Assembly (NCBI GenBank): GCA_964016885.1
Contig: OZ024746.1
Location: 98,518,001-98,582,000 of the forward strand
DNA length: 64,000 nt
Direction of reading: 5' to 3'
Source of the DNA: Eledone cirrhosa
Taxonomy: Eukaryota
The notes below the pieces were generated by a model, which was given only the letters and a program-made list of their open reading frames with translations, was not told the DNA's origin and did not search any database. How positions within the stretch are numbered: the stretch's first letter is position 1; the number at the start of each line of letters is the position of its first letter. Shown in pieces: positions 1-11,875 of this stretch. The translations under genes were made by a program, and so were the position numbers.

Positions 1-2984
1 TAGCAACACAGCCTACTTATAGTTAGATAGCAACACAGCATACTTATAGTTAGATAGAAAAACAACACACTTATAGTTAGATAGCCACACAAGATACATA
101 TAGTTACATAGCCACACAACATACATATAGTTAGATAGCAACACAACATATTTATAGTTAGATAGCAACACAGCCTACTTATAGTTAGATAGCCATCCAA
201 CATATTTATAGTTAGATAGCAACACAGCCTACTTATAGTTAGATAGCAACACAGCCTACTTATAGTTAGATAGCAACACAGCCTACTTATAGTTAGATAG
301 CAACACAGCCTACTTATAGTTAGATAGCCACACAGCCTACTTATAGTTAGATAGCAACACAACATACTTATAGTTAGATAGCAACACAACATATTTATAG
401 TTAGATAGCAACACAGCCTACTTATAGTTAGATAGCAACACAACATACTTATAGTTAGATAGCAACACAACATATTTATAGTTAGATAGCAACACAGCAT
501 ATTTATAGTTAGATAGCAACACAACATATTTATAGTTAGATAGCAACACAGCCTACTTATAGTTAGATAGCAACACAGCCTACTTATAGTTAGATAGCAA
601 CACAACATATTTATAGTTAGATAGCAACACAGCCTACTTATAGTTAGATAGCCACACAACATATTTATAGTTAGATAGCAACACAACATACTTATAGTTA
701 GATAGCAACACAACATATTTATAGTTAGATAGCCTCACAACATACTTATAGTTAGATAGCAACACAACATACTTATAGTTAGATAGCAACACAACATATT
801 TATAGTTAGATAGCAACACAGCCTACTTATAGTTAAATAGCAACACAGCCTACTTATAGTTAGATAGCAACACAGCCTACTTATAGTCAGATAGCAACAC
901 AGCCTACTTATAGTTAAATAGCCACACAACATATTTATAGTTAGATAGCCACACAACATACTTATAGTTAGATAGCAACACAGCCTACTTATAGTTAGAT
1001 AGCCACACAACATATTTATAGTTAGATAGCCACACAACATACTTATAGTTAGATAGCAACACAGCCTACTTATAGTTAGATAGCAACACAACATATTTAT
1101 AGTTAGATAGCAACACAGCCTACTTATAGTTAGATAGCAACACAACATATTTATAGTTAGATAGCCACACAACATACTTATAGTTAGATAGCAACACAGC
1201 CTACTTATAGTCAGATAGCAACACAGCCTACTTATAGTTAGATAGCAACACAATATAGTTATAGTCAGATAGCAACACAACGTATTTATAGTTAGATAGC
1301 AACACAACATATTTATAGTTAGATAGCCACACAACATACTTATAGTTAGATAGCAACACAGCCTACTTATAGTCAGATAGCAACACAGCCTACTTATAGT
1401 TAGATAGCCACACAACATATTTATAGTTAGATAGCAACACAACATATTTATAGTTAGATAGCAACACAGCCTACTTATAGTTAGATAGCCACACAACATA
1501 TTTATAGTTAGATAGCCACACAACATACTTATAGTTAGATAGCAACACAGCCTACTTATAGTTAGATAGCCACACAACATATTTATAGTTAGATAGCAAC
1601 ACAACATACATATAGTTAGATAGCCACACAACATACTTATAGTTAGATAGCAACACAGCCTACTTATAGTTAGATAGCAACACAGCCTACTTATAGTTAG
1701 ATAGCAACACAACATATTTATAGTTAGATAGCCACACAACATACTTATAGTTAGATAGCAACACAGCCTACTTATAGTTAGATAGCCACACAACATATTT
1801 ATAGTTAGATAGCCACACAACATACTTATAGTTAGATAGCAACACAGCCTACTTATAGTTAGATAGCAACACAGCCTACTTATAGTTAGATAGCCACACA
1901 ACATATTTATAGTTAGATAGCCACACAACATACTTATAGTTAGATAGCCACACAACATACTTATAGTTAGATAGCAACACAGCCTACTTATAGTTAGATA
2001 GCCACACAACATATTTATAGTTAGATAGCAACACAACATACTTATAGTTAGATAGCAACACAGCCTACTTATAGTTAGATAGCAACACAACATATTTATA
2101 GTTAGATAGCAACACAGCCTACTTATAGTTAGATATCAACACAACATATTTATAGTTAGATAGCCACACAACATATTTATAGTTAGATAGCCACACAACA
2201 TACTTATAGTTAGATAGCCACACAACATACTTATAGTTAGATAGCAACACAGCCTACTTATAGTTAGATAGCCACACAACATATTTATAGTTAGATAGCC
2301 ACACAACATACTTATAGTTAGATAGCAACACAACATACTTATAGTTAGATAGCCACACAACATACTTATAGTTAGATAGCAACACAACATATTTATAGTT
2401 AGATAGCAACACAACATACTTATAGTTAGATAGCAACACAGCCTACTTATAGTTAGATAGCCACACAACATATTTATAGTTAGATAGCCACACAACATAC
2501 TTATAGTTAGATAGCAACACAGACTACTTATAGTTAGATAGCAACACAGCCTACTTATAGTTAGATAGCAACACAGCCTACTTATAGTTAGATAGCAACA
2601 CAACATATTTATAGTTAGATAGCAACTCAGCCTACTTATAGTTAGATAGCAACACAACATATTTATAGTTAGATAGCAACACAACATATTTATAGTTAGA
2701 TAGCAACACAGCCTACTTATAGTTAGATAGCAACACAGCATATTTATAGTTAGATAGCAACACAGCCTACTTATAGTTAGATAGCAACACAGCCTACTTA
2801 TAGTTAGATAGCAACACAGCATATTTATAGTTAGATAGCAACACAGCCTACTTATAGTTAGATAGCAACACAACATATTTATAGTTAGATAGCAACACAG
2901 CCTACTTATAGTTAGATAGCAACACAGCCTACTTATAGTTAGATAGCAACACAGCCTACTTATAGTTAGATAGCAACACAGCCT
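1..2984. repeat. 27-bp minisatellite, ~110 copies (TAGCAACACAGCCTACTTATAGTTAGA and variants), runs off the window start; probably inside an MRM1 intron
   Basis: Direct reading of 27-nt periodicity; variants GCAAC/GCCAC, AGCCT/AACAT, ACTT/ATTT. Confidence 0.98.
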
Positions 2985-3056
2985 CTTTCATGTTATTGTC
3001 CAACCCGTGCTAGCGTGGAAGATGAACATTAAACGATGATGATGATGATAATTTAT

Positions 3057-3277
3057 TATAATGATTTCTAATTAAGGCACAAGGTCAACGATTTTTGGGG
3101 AGGAGAAAGTCGATTAAATTAAACCCAGTGCATTACTGGTACTTTATTTTATCGACCTCGTAAGGATGAAAGGCAAAGCTAACCTTGGCGGGATTTGAAC
3201 TCAGAACGTAAAGGGCCGTAACTCTATGCTACAAGGCATAGTTTCCAATGCTCTACCGATACTGCCAATTCACCACC
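3057..3277 (-). mobile_element. tRNA-derived SINE family A copy
   Basis: Reverse complement has A-box-like TGGCAGTATCGG, B-box GAGTTCAAATCC, body CTTTCATCCTTAC..TCGATAAAATAAAGTACCAG and an ATT-rich tail; many copies in the window. Confidence 0.85.
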
Positions 3278-3393
3278 CTTGATGTTATTGATTATAATAA
3301 TATAAAATATATTTAAATTATATTTGTTTGCATGAGTTCACTTTGATTTATGTTGAAGCAAATATTTCTTCCAATAAAGTATTTTATTTTCAG

Positions 3394-3473
3394 GATCCTA
3401 TGAACTTTGGTGCCATTTTGCGCAGTGCTTATTACTTTGGTGCAAACAAAGTCATTTTCTCAAAAGAAAACAG
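3394..3473 (+). CDS. MRM1: MRM1 internal coding exon (DPMNFGAILRSAYYFGANKVIFSKEN)
   Basis: ttttcag acceptor and GTAATT donor; SpoU motif 1 (DPxNxGAIxRSA); phase 0 to phase 2, joins the next exon in frame; upstream exons not found in the window. Confidence 0.93.
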
Positions 3474-3904
3474 GTAATTTATTTCATTACGATTAAATTT
3501 GTCTTTGTGTGAATTTTCCACTCCTTGTGATGGTTTGAAGAATGCACCCAAACCATGCTGTAAAGTGGTGGGTGATAGGAAAGGCAGCCAGCCTTGCAAG
3601 CAGGGAAAAAGCAGACGTAGAATGATGATGATGATGTATATATTCTGTTCAGCACTGAGGAATATCTTGGGGTGTTAGTGTAGCTAATGTCCAACTTGGA
3701 CCGTTGCACTTTAGCAGTTAAGAAAGGAAACTTGGCAAATTATACCAACTAACAGGAAAAACAATCTGTTTAATCAAGAGCTACGAATTTAGTACATAAA
3801 TTATATAATATTCATTCATCATTTATTTAAAGTAATCCAACTTATTTTAGTAACGTGATAAAAAAAATAAACTAGACACAGTTTCACAGTCGTCGCCACT
3901 GCCT

Positions 3905-4170
3905 CTTCATTCGTCACGGTCCTTCGTCATCTCCATGAGTTTCAGTGATCTGAGGTCAACTCTCACCACCTCCGTCCATGATTTTTTGTGGTCTTCCTCT
4001 ACTGCGTCTTTCTTCTACTGGGATTTCTTGGCACTTCTTTATCCAGCAGTCATCCTCCATGTGCATCGCATGTCCATACCATCGCAGTCTTCTCTCCTGC
4101 ACACTACAGCTTATCCCTCTTATACATGGTTTCTCTCTCAACTCGTCTATACTTGGTCGTTCATGCACAT
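3905..4170 (-). mobile_element. RTE LINE 3' fragment
   Basis: ORF 3956-4168 has RRLRWYGHAMHM...RRSRGRP, closely similar to the C-terminus of the RTE at 18339-20785. Confidence 0.85.
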
Positions 4171-4255
4171 TGACAGAGGAAAGCAGTTCTTGGGGAAAGA
4201 AAATTGAGCAAAATATTTAACTTTACTTAGCTAATGTTTTTAATTTTGGTTTCAG

Positions 4256-4358
4256 CGCTCCAATTAACCCTGTGGTGAGCAAAAGCAGTGCTGGGGCTTT
4301 AGAGCTGCTACCAATGGCTTATAGCAATACAGAACAAACTCTGGTGTCTCTATTGAAG
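4256..4358 (+). CDS. MRM1: MRM1 coding exon (SAPINPVVSKSSAGALELLPMAYSNTEQTLVSLLK)
   Basis: tttcag acceptor and GTAACA donor; PVVSKSSAGA matches animal MRM1; phases consistent. Confidence 0.93.
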
Positions 4359-4833
4359 GTAACATATCTTTATATTTATCTCCTTCTTCTTCACCCACTT
4401 ATCCCTGAGAGGGTCATCCTCAAACATATTATTCTTACTAGCCGGTCCTGAGCTAGATCTATTTATTTCTTACGATGAGCCATACACCTTTTATAGCTGA
4501 ACGTGATGCCCTCATTCTTACAATGAGCCACACACCTTTTAAAGTTGAGCTAGATCTATTCATTTCTTACAATGAGCAACACACCTTTTAAAGTTGAGCT
4601 GGATGTCCTTCATTCTTAAAATATATGTGTGAGTCCTGGGTTCAATCAGGGGGTAACGACAGTAAGTAAGGTACTCAATACATTAGTTGAGTGTAAACAT
4701 CATGTTTAATTACAAACAACGAAAAGCAGGAAGATATCGTTTGAATAAAACAGTTTTAGTCCTGTAGAAGCCATTTCTATATTAAACATGATATATATGT
4801 ATATATATATACCTTTTTTTAAATTATTTTCAG

Positions 4834-4954
4834 AAACTGAAGAAATGTGGATGGAAACTGCTAGGAACTGTCGGTGAAAATTGTCAGTTTGAGGGAAAGT
4901 GTTTGAAGCATGTTACAGATACCAACCTTAGTGGACCAACCGTACTGATTGTTG
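4834..4954 (+). CDS. MRM1: MRM1 coding exon (KLKKCGWKLLGTVG...GPTVLIVG)
   Basis: ttttcag acceptor and GTAAGT donor; GWxxxGTV and PTxLxxG precede SpoU motif 2. Confidence 0.92.
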
Positions 4955-6016
4955 GTAAGTAACTCAAGTAAATTTTGGTTGTATGTTATCTTAGGATAAA
5001 TTGATGGAAATGTAATTTTACAGTAGAGTTGCTTATAAACGTAAAAAAAATTCAAATCACTCCTATATAACACAATTCCACATACTAAAGGAGTGTTGAG
5101 GTTAGCTCCCCTGTTTATTTTTAAACTGTCAATCTTTTTTTATCTTATTTTACTATCGTCGTCATCATCGTTTAACGTCTCTCTTCCACACTAGCATGGA
5201 TTAGACAGGAGTAGTCCCACTTGAGGCAAGATTGGTCGGGTGACCATGTCTCACTCGTATAGAACTCTTTCTGGCAGGTTTTCTATGGCTAGATGCCTAT
5301 CCTAATGCCAACCATATTTACAGTGTGGACTGGGAGCCTTTTTACCGTGTCTCCTACACAACCACTCTACAGTGTGAACTGGGTGCTTTTTGTCGTGTCA
5401 CCTACATGAACACTTTACAGATTGGTAATTTTAACTTAATTCTTTACTCTTATTTTTTATCTTAGATATATGTCTGACACTATTTTGAGACACTTTGTGT
5501 ACCCTTTCAAAACTCATTTATTTCAAGCAACTATATGCTTTTTCTTTGGATGTTCTTCCTAATGCCAACCTCTTTTCAGAGTGTAGTGGGTGCATTTTAT
5601 GATGACACCAGCACTACCACTTTATATATTTATATATCATCATGTAACATCTGTTTTCCTTGCAAGCAAGGGTTTGGTAAGTTTTCACAGACCAAGTCAG
5701 TACTGAAATGGGGCTACTGACCTTACAAATGAGTCAGGGGCCAGCATCCCGTGCTCTACCAAGTGCATTTTATTGTGATACCAACACTAGGGAGGTTGTT
5801 ATGTCTTTGACACAGTTGAAGGGTTTTCCTGACCCTTTATTTGTCAGGTTTTCTACAGCTAAATGCCCTTCCTATTACCTGCCACTTTACTGGGTGCATT
5901 TATCTTCTAGATCAGTTGTCACCAATCTTTCAGACCTCATTTGTAATTTTATAATTTTAAATCCCGCGGACCACTAATATGAATTTTTATAAAAAGATAA
6001 ATACATTTGTAAAATA

Positions 6017-6205
6017 ATTGTTTCTACTTTTGACACAAGGCCAGCAATTATCCCAGTGTATTACTGGTACTTTATTTTATCCACCCCATAAGGATGAAAG
6101 GCAAAGTTAACCTCGGCGAGATTTGAACTCAGACCATAAAGGGCCGTAACTCTTTGCTGCAAAGCATGGCGTCCGACCCTCTACTGATACTGCCAATCCA
6201 TCGCC
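6017..6205 (-). mobile_element. Full-length SINE family A copy with 17-bp target-site duplication
   Basis: AATACATTTGTAAAATA at 6000-6016 and 6206-6222; pol III A/B boxes. Confidence 0.9.
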
Positions 6206-7166
6206 AATACATTTGTAAAATACTGATCAGAGGACTTCCATTTTATTAAACAATACTGAAGTGTACCTGTGTCATATTGTCACTAGATGATACATATATA
6301 CAAAATTATTTCATGGATGTTAGTTCTTTACTGAGGAGAAACATTTTTTAGGGGATTTATAAAATATGTTTTAACCAAATATTATTTTTGTTTTATTAAT
6401 AAAACATAAAAATTGCAATGTCCAAATTTTTCTGCAGACCACCAGTTGGCGACCGCTATTTTAGATCACTACCACTAGAGTGGTTGTCATGTCTTTGACA
6501 CAACTAAAGGGTTCTCCTGGCCCTTTGTTTGGCAAAGCTTCTATGACTGGTGCTGTTCCTATCACCAATCACTTTACAGCATGTACTGGGTGGGTTTATC
6601 TTCTAGATCACCAACACTAGAGAGGTTGTCATGTCTTTGACACTACTGACGGATTACCTCAACCGTTTTTAGCAAGGATTTTACAGCAGGCTGCGCTTCT
6701 TATCTCCAAACTCATTGAAGTCTGTACTGGGTGTATTTTCATGCCACCAACACCAGAGAGGTTGTCAGTCATTGTCTCAACTGTAAAGACCTTGCTGCCC
6801 TACAGGAGGGTTGGAGAAGATAAGTATGATGCTCTAGGTGTAGAACATATGTTGTGGGATATAACAATTGAAAAGCCCTTTCTGCCCTGGGGGTGGGAGA
6901 AGATAAGCATGATGTTATAGGTGTATGATATATGTTGTGGGATATAACAGGGGGATGAGTAACGGTAAGGAATGACCTCCAGTGATGTAAGGGAGGGGAC
7001 TCACCAGGATTTTAGAGAAGGTGTAGTGATGGTGAGAATAGCTAAGGAATGATAGGATGCTCATAGCTTTGATCATAAGTCTACTCAGTCAGGGTCAGCC
7101 TGGGGCTAAACAACCACAACATTAGAACATTTGTTTCACCATATCACTCCTTTTTATATATTTCAG

Positions 7167-7289
7167 GCAATGAAGGCAGTGGTGTCTCTGAACAGCTATT
7201 GGACTTGTGTGATCAACTGGTGACAGTCCCTTCTTATGTGGACAGTGATCAACTTCATATTGACTCCCTCAATGTATCAGTAGCCACTG
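7167..7289 (+). CDS. MRM1: MRM1 coding exon (GNEGSGVSEQLLDLCDQLVTVP...IDSLNVSVATG)
   Basis: tttcag acceptor and GTGAGT donor; SpoU motifs 2 (GNEGxG) and 3 (SLNVSVA). Confidence 0.95.
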
Positions 7290-7493
7290 GTGAGTAGTTA
7301 CAGTCTTCTTCTCCTCCTCCTCCTCCTCCTCCTCCTAGGTTTAGTTGATCTGGGTTCACCTGGTCCTAAAAGACAGCTAACATTTAAAAAGAAAGTCCCT
7401 ATTATGGTGTTTATAAGTAAGTGTAAGCAGTTGGTATAAATCAAAGTAATGTACACCCAGCTAGTTCAAAAGAGGAGAAGCTGTTGTAGCAGT

Positions 7494-7665
7494 TTAACCC
7501 CTTAGCATTTAAACTGGCTGTAACTGGCCAATCATACTGATGTTAAGGTATTGTTCTCAACATAAATAATATCAAAATCTCAGAGATTCAATATTATGTG
7601 AGATAAAGCCTTTATCAGGAAAATACAATAGTATATATAGAGTAATGTAAATGGTAAAGGGATAA
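7494..7665 (+). mobile_element. piggyBac-type MITE family 1 copy (internally deleted)
   Basis: TTAA-CCCCTTAGCATTTA...TAAATGGTAAAGGG ends; family recurs more than 12 times. Confidence 0.8.
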
Positions 7666-8404
7666 GAGGCTACCACCAACCATTGATTACAGAAACTTTG
7701 TGGTCATCCAACTTACTAGAAATAGCAGTCAAATATCCCTCAACTCGAACCCTACTCTCTTATAGGAAAGACAAAGCAGATAATGTAATCTTAACCAAAC
7801 CTTTAAAATGTATAGTAAGTCACAGCTGGTATACCTTTGAAGATATGTGTGTAGATCAGGTGAAATTACCATATATACCTCTGTACAAGTTGCACCATAT
7901 ACACCTATGTATATATTACATTTACAGTCATCATCATCGTTTTTACATCCGCTTTACAACCCTGTGGATGGGACAGGATATTTTGAGATAATGTTTTACA
8001 ACCAGATGCCCTTCCTGTTGTGAACACCTCTTACAACACATTAGGATACGGCATGCCTATTCTAAAGACTGGGATATTAATGGGCAGGGTTGGATTCAGA
8101 TCTTGGGGTGCCCAGGGCACTTCAGGTTTCGGGGGTCCCTCATACACATAAAATTAGAATACACAGCAATCCCTCTCCTCCCAATTTTACATATCAAAGT
8201 CAGCTTGGTGCAAGTAATTGGAACTGAAAAGTTATACATACAGGTATTAAATTAAAAAATTCTAACCATCCTAAAACTAAAAAGCCCAGATGATGGGAAA
8301 AATAAATTGCTATAACCGTCGCTGGTGAGTCATGTATTTTTGTGGAAAAGATGTGACTCATATACAAGTGTATATAATACTAGAATTTTTTTTCCATACA
8401 CTGA

Positions 8405-8680
8405 CGTGTGTGTGTGTGTGTGTGTGCCCATGCATCATTTATATGTATGAGTATATGAATATAAACACGCAAACACAGACACACTTACAAAAATACACAT
8501 TCACAGACATACATTTACACAAACATACACACAGCGTAGTTTTTTCACCACCCACTTCCTTCCTTTCGCACACATTCACGCAGACAGCAGACATAAAGAG
8601 AGAGGAGTAGTACGAGGTAGTCAAACTACTCCTCTCTCTTTACATGTTGTGACAGTATCGCAGAAATTTATATATAGATA
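8405..8680 (+). repeat. Dispersed repeat with CA/TG microsatellite and subterminal 18-bp hairpin (Helentron/DINE-like architecture); inverted copy at ~36345-36660
   Basis: Perfect stem 8594-8611/8625-8642; homologous copy on the opposite strand. Confidence 0.55.
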
Positions 8681-8740
8681 TATTCTTTGCTGCTATATCA
8701 TTTTGTAATGTTTTTTTTCTTCTTTTTGTTTCTTTTGTAG

Positions 8741-8784
8741 GAATATTATTACATTCACTCAAGCAAACACCAAAGACATCTTAA
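8741..8784 (+). CDS. MRM1: MRM1 last coding exon (GILLHSLKQTPKTS*)
   Basis: Long polypyrimidine tract + TAG acceptor; GILLHS follows SLNVSVA as in animal MRM1; TAA at 8782-8784. Confidence 0.93.
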
Positions 8785-9629
8785 ACTACATCATAAGATC
8801 ACATGATTTATTAATTGGCAAGGACTTACCAACATTGCCTTAATTAATGTCTATCTCACAAGACGTACTCTTTCATCTCTCTGCTTCTACATTGGCCCCT
8901 GAACTAGCTGGCTGTATACCCTCTCCACTCAAGCCAACCAGGTAAACAATTTCCCAATCCTTCTTTCTCAGAAATGCCACCCTCTGGAATTCCCTTCTCC
9001 CCACCTATGTTTTAGTATTAAAACTGAACTTCAACTGCATCAACTTCACAGTCAGAGGAGGCCGACAAATGTCATAGAGGAGAAAATGCAGTACATAATA
9101 TATTTAACACGCACCTCCAACAAAACACCCTGAGTATGAAATAAATGATAATATCATATATAGTTCCACACTGGTGTGGTTGGTGTTAGGAAGGACATCC
9201 AGCTGTAAAATACCCAGTCAAATTTACAGTCCTCGCCAGAGCAAGGTGCGACATGGCCAACCATGGCCAAAATTGCCTCTCTGTGTGGACAACCTGTCTA
9301 ACCCATGCAAGCATTTAGATATGGATGCTAAACGGTGATGATGATGAGATATAGGATTTATTGCCAATTTACACAGGGCAGGCTTGGTAGTTTCCTAAAT
9401 CTGTCTTAGGATTCTGTGAACCGACAGCGGTTCTGGTTCAATGAATACAGTCATCTTAGTAGAATGAGGGAATGTATGTGAGATGCAGGTTCTTAATCCG
9501 TATGAGCAATCAATATAAAGTGTGGGAACATATGTAAGCAAGATGCAGGCCAGTAACTCTGGGAGGTCATAGCTCTCCTACACTACAGACCAGTTTGTGA
9601 CAACCTATCCAACTCAGGGAAAGTGAACA

Positions 9630-10004
9630 TTAACCTTTTTGTTACCAACCAGGCCAAAAGTCTCTCTGGTTCTATGAAATAAAACCACTCATTTCAAAGG
9701 AATCCACTTTAAATTAAAATCTTCCAACATAATTTTTATAAAAGAACCTTACATTAAGTTACTATCTTAGTAATGAAATAATTAATAATTTTAATGAAAC
9801 CATCTCTGGTTCAATTAAATAAAACCAACCATTTTAAAGGTTTCTAATTTAAATAAAAAATCTTCCAACATAATTTTATATAAGAACCTTTCATTAAGTT
9901 ACTATCTTAGTGAAATAATTAATCATTTTAGTAAATCCCTAAAAAATGTTCATTAATTAATTAAAATAGAGTGTATCTCGTTAGAAATGTGGTCATAGAG
10001 TTAA
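9630..10004 (+). mobile_element. TTAA-flanked MITE family 2 with internal duplication, in the probable MRM1 3'UTR
   Basis: TTAA at both ends; related pieces at ~17367-17556, 28983-29036, 46000-46213, 47075-47300. Confidence 0.65.
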
Positions 10005-10117
10005 AGCATGTATTGGAGTTTACAGAAATATTTATGTTACTTTATAACATTGACAGCAATTGAGAAAAAAAATATGAGCAGAATGAAATGATTTTATTTT
10101 GTGATTTGTGTTTTTTT

Positions 10118-10165
10118 AATAAAAGCAAATAGCCTAAAGTATTTTTTGTTGATTTTTTGTCATTT
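10118..10165 (+). terminator. Candidate MRM1 polyadenylation signal
   Basis: AATAAA at 10118-10123 followed ~20 nt later by a T/GT-rich element; other AATAAA hexamers lie upstream in this AT-rich region. Confidence 0.4.
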
Positions 10166-10289
10166 TAACATCTGCTTTTCCTGTTGCAAGGCTTCTAAAT
10201 TATTAGTACTTTACAGGACTTTCTGCTTGTAGTTTGTTTTATAATTCTTGTAGGCTTTAGTGACATCACTGGAAATATTGTTATATGTA

Positions 10290-11875
10290 GTAATACAGAA
10301 GACCTGACTTCCCACGTGTACAGGCCGAAGATGAAGCATATGTATAATATACACCACCCCACTCCTTCACCTACACACACATACATCTAGTGAAGCCTCC
10401 AACCCACACTGTAAAGTGGTTGTGATGGCAACCCGACAAAAAGCGCCCAGCCCACATTATAAAGTGGTTGTGATGGCAACCCGACAAAAAGCGCCCAGCC
10501 CACATTATAAAGTGGTTGTGTAGGTGTCACAACAAAAAACACCCAGTCCACACTGTAAAGTGGTCGCGTGGGTGTCACAACAAAAAACACCCAGTCCACA
10601 CTAAAGTGGTTGTGTAGGTGTCACAACAAAAAACACCCAGTCCACACTGTAAAGTTGTCATGTAGGTGTCACAACAAAAACCTCCCAGTCCACACTGTAA
10701 AGTTGTCATGTAGGTGTCAACAAAAATCTCCCAGTCCACACTGTAAAGTTGTCATGTAGGTGTCACAACAAAAACCTCCCAGTCCACACTGTAAAGTTGT
10801 CATGTAGGTGTCACAACAAAAACCTCCCAGTCCACACTGTAAAGTTGTCATGTAGGTGTCACAACAAAAACCTCCCAGTCCACACTGTAAAGTTGTCATG
10901 TAGGTGTCAACAAAAACCTCCCAGTCCACACTGTAAAGTTGTCATGTAGGTGTCACAACAAAAACCTCCCAGTCCACACTGTAAAGTTGTCATGTAGGTG
11001 TCACAACAAAAACCTCCCAGTCCACACTGTAAAGTTGTCATGTAGGTGTCAACAAAAACCTCCCAGTCCACACTGTAAAGTTGTCATGTAGGTGTCACAA
11101 CAAAAAACACCCAGTCCACACTGTAAAGTTGTCATGTAGGTGTCACAACAAAAAACACCCAGTCCACACTGTAAAGTTGTCATGTAGGTGTCACAACAAA
11201 AAACACCCAGTCCACACTGTAAAGTTGTCATGTAGGTGTCACAACAAAAAACACCCAGTCCACACTGTAAAGTTGTCATGTAGGTGTCACAACAAAAAAC
11301 ACCCAGTCTACACTGTAAAGTTGTCATGTAGGTGTCACAACAAAAACCTCCCAGTCCACACTGTAAAGTTGTCATGTAGGTGTCACAACAAAAAACACCC
11401 AGTCCACACTGTAAAGTTGTCATGTAGGTGTCACAACAAAAATCACCCAGTCTACACTGTAAAGTTGTCATGTAGGTGTCACAACAAAAACCTCCCAGTC
11501 CACACTGTAAAGTTGTCATGTAGGTGTCACTACAAAAACCTCCCAGTCCACACTGTAAAGTTGTCATGTAGGTGTCACAACAAAAACCTCCCAGTTCACA
11601 CTGTAAAGTTGTCATGTAGGTGTCACAACAAAAACCTCCCAGTCCACACTGTAAAGTTGTCATGTAGGTGTCACAACAAAAAACACCCAGTAGTCACTGT
11701 AAATGAGGTTGCCATTAGGAAGAGCATCCAGCTGTAGAAACCAAGCAAAATCAGTTCTGTATCAGCATGACACGATCACCTGACCTAGCGTTGCCCACAA
11801 CAGGATAACTCGTCTAACCCATGCTAGCATGGAAAAATTGATGCTAAATGGTGATGCTGATGATGATGGTGATAA
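10290..11875 (+). mobile_element. 5'-truncated RTE family-2 3' end with internally amplified minisatellite and (GAT)n tail
   Basis: 10290-10350 matches the ORF end of the RTE at 39318-40277; 11700-11875 matches its 3'UTR and tail. Confidence 0.7.
10400..11700. repeat. 48-bp minisatellite, ~27 copies (GTGTCACAACAAAAACCTCCCAGTCCACACTGTAAAGTTGTCATGTAG)
   Basis: 48-nt period read directly (e.g. 11101/11149); the 16-aa repeat ORFs are a by-product. Confidence 0.95.

Noticed and set aside
1-2984. CRISPR-like array (constant TATAGTTAGATAGC with variable parts) and 452/246-aa Cys-rich ORFs
   Set aside because: The variable parts are a few recurring point variants, not unique spacers; no cas genes; eukaryotic context; the ORFs arise because the 27-bp unit is a stop-free multiple of 3
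10387-11737. Repetitive Cys/His-rich ORFs on both strands
   Set aside because: Translations of a 48-bp minisatellite within a retroposon UTR; frame broken by 46-bp units
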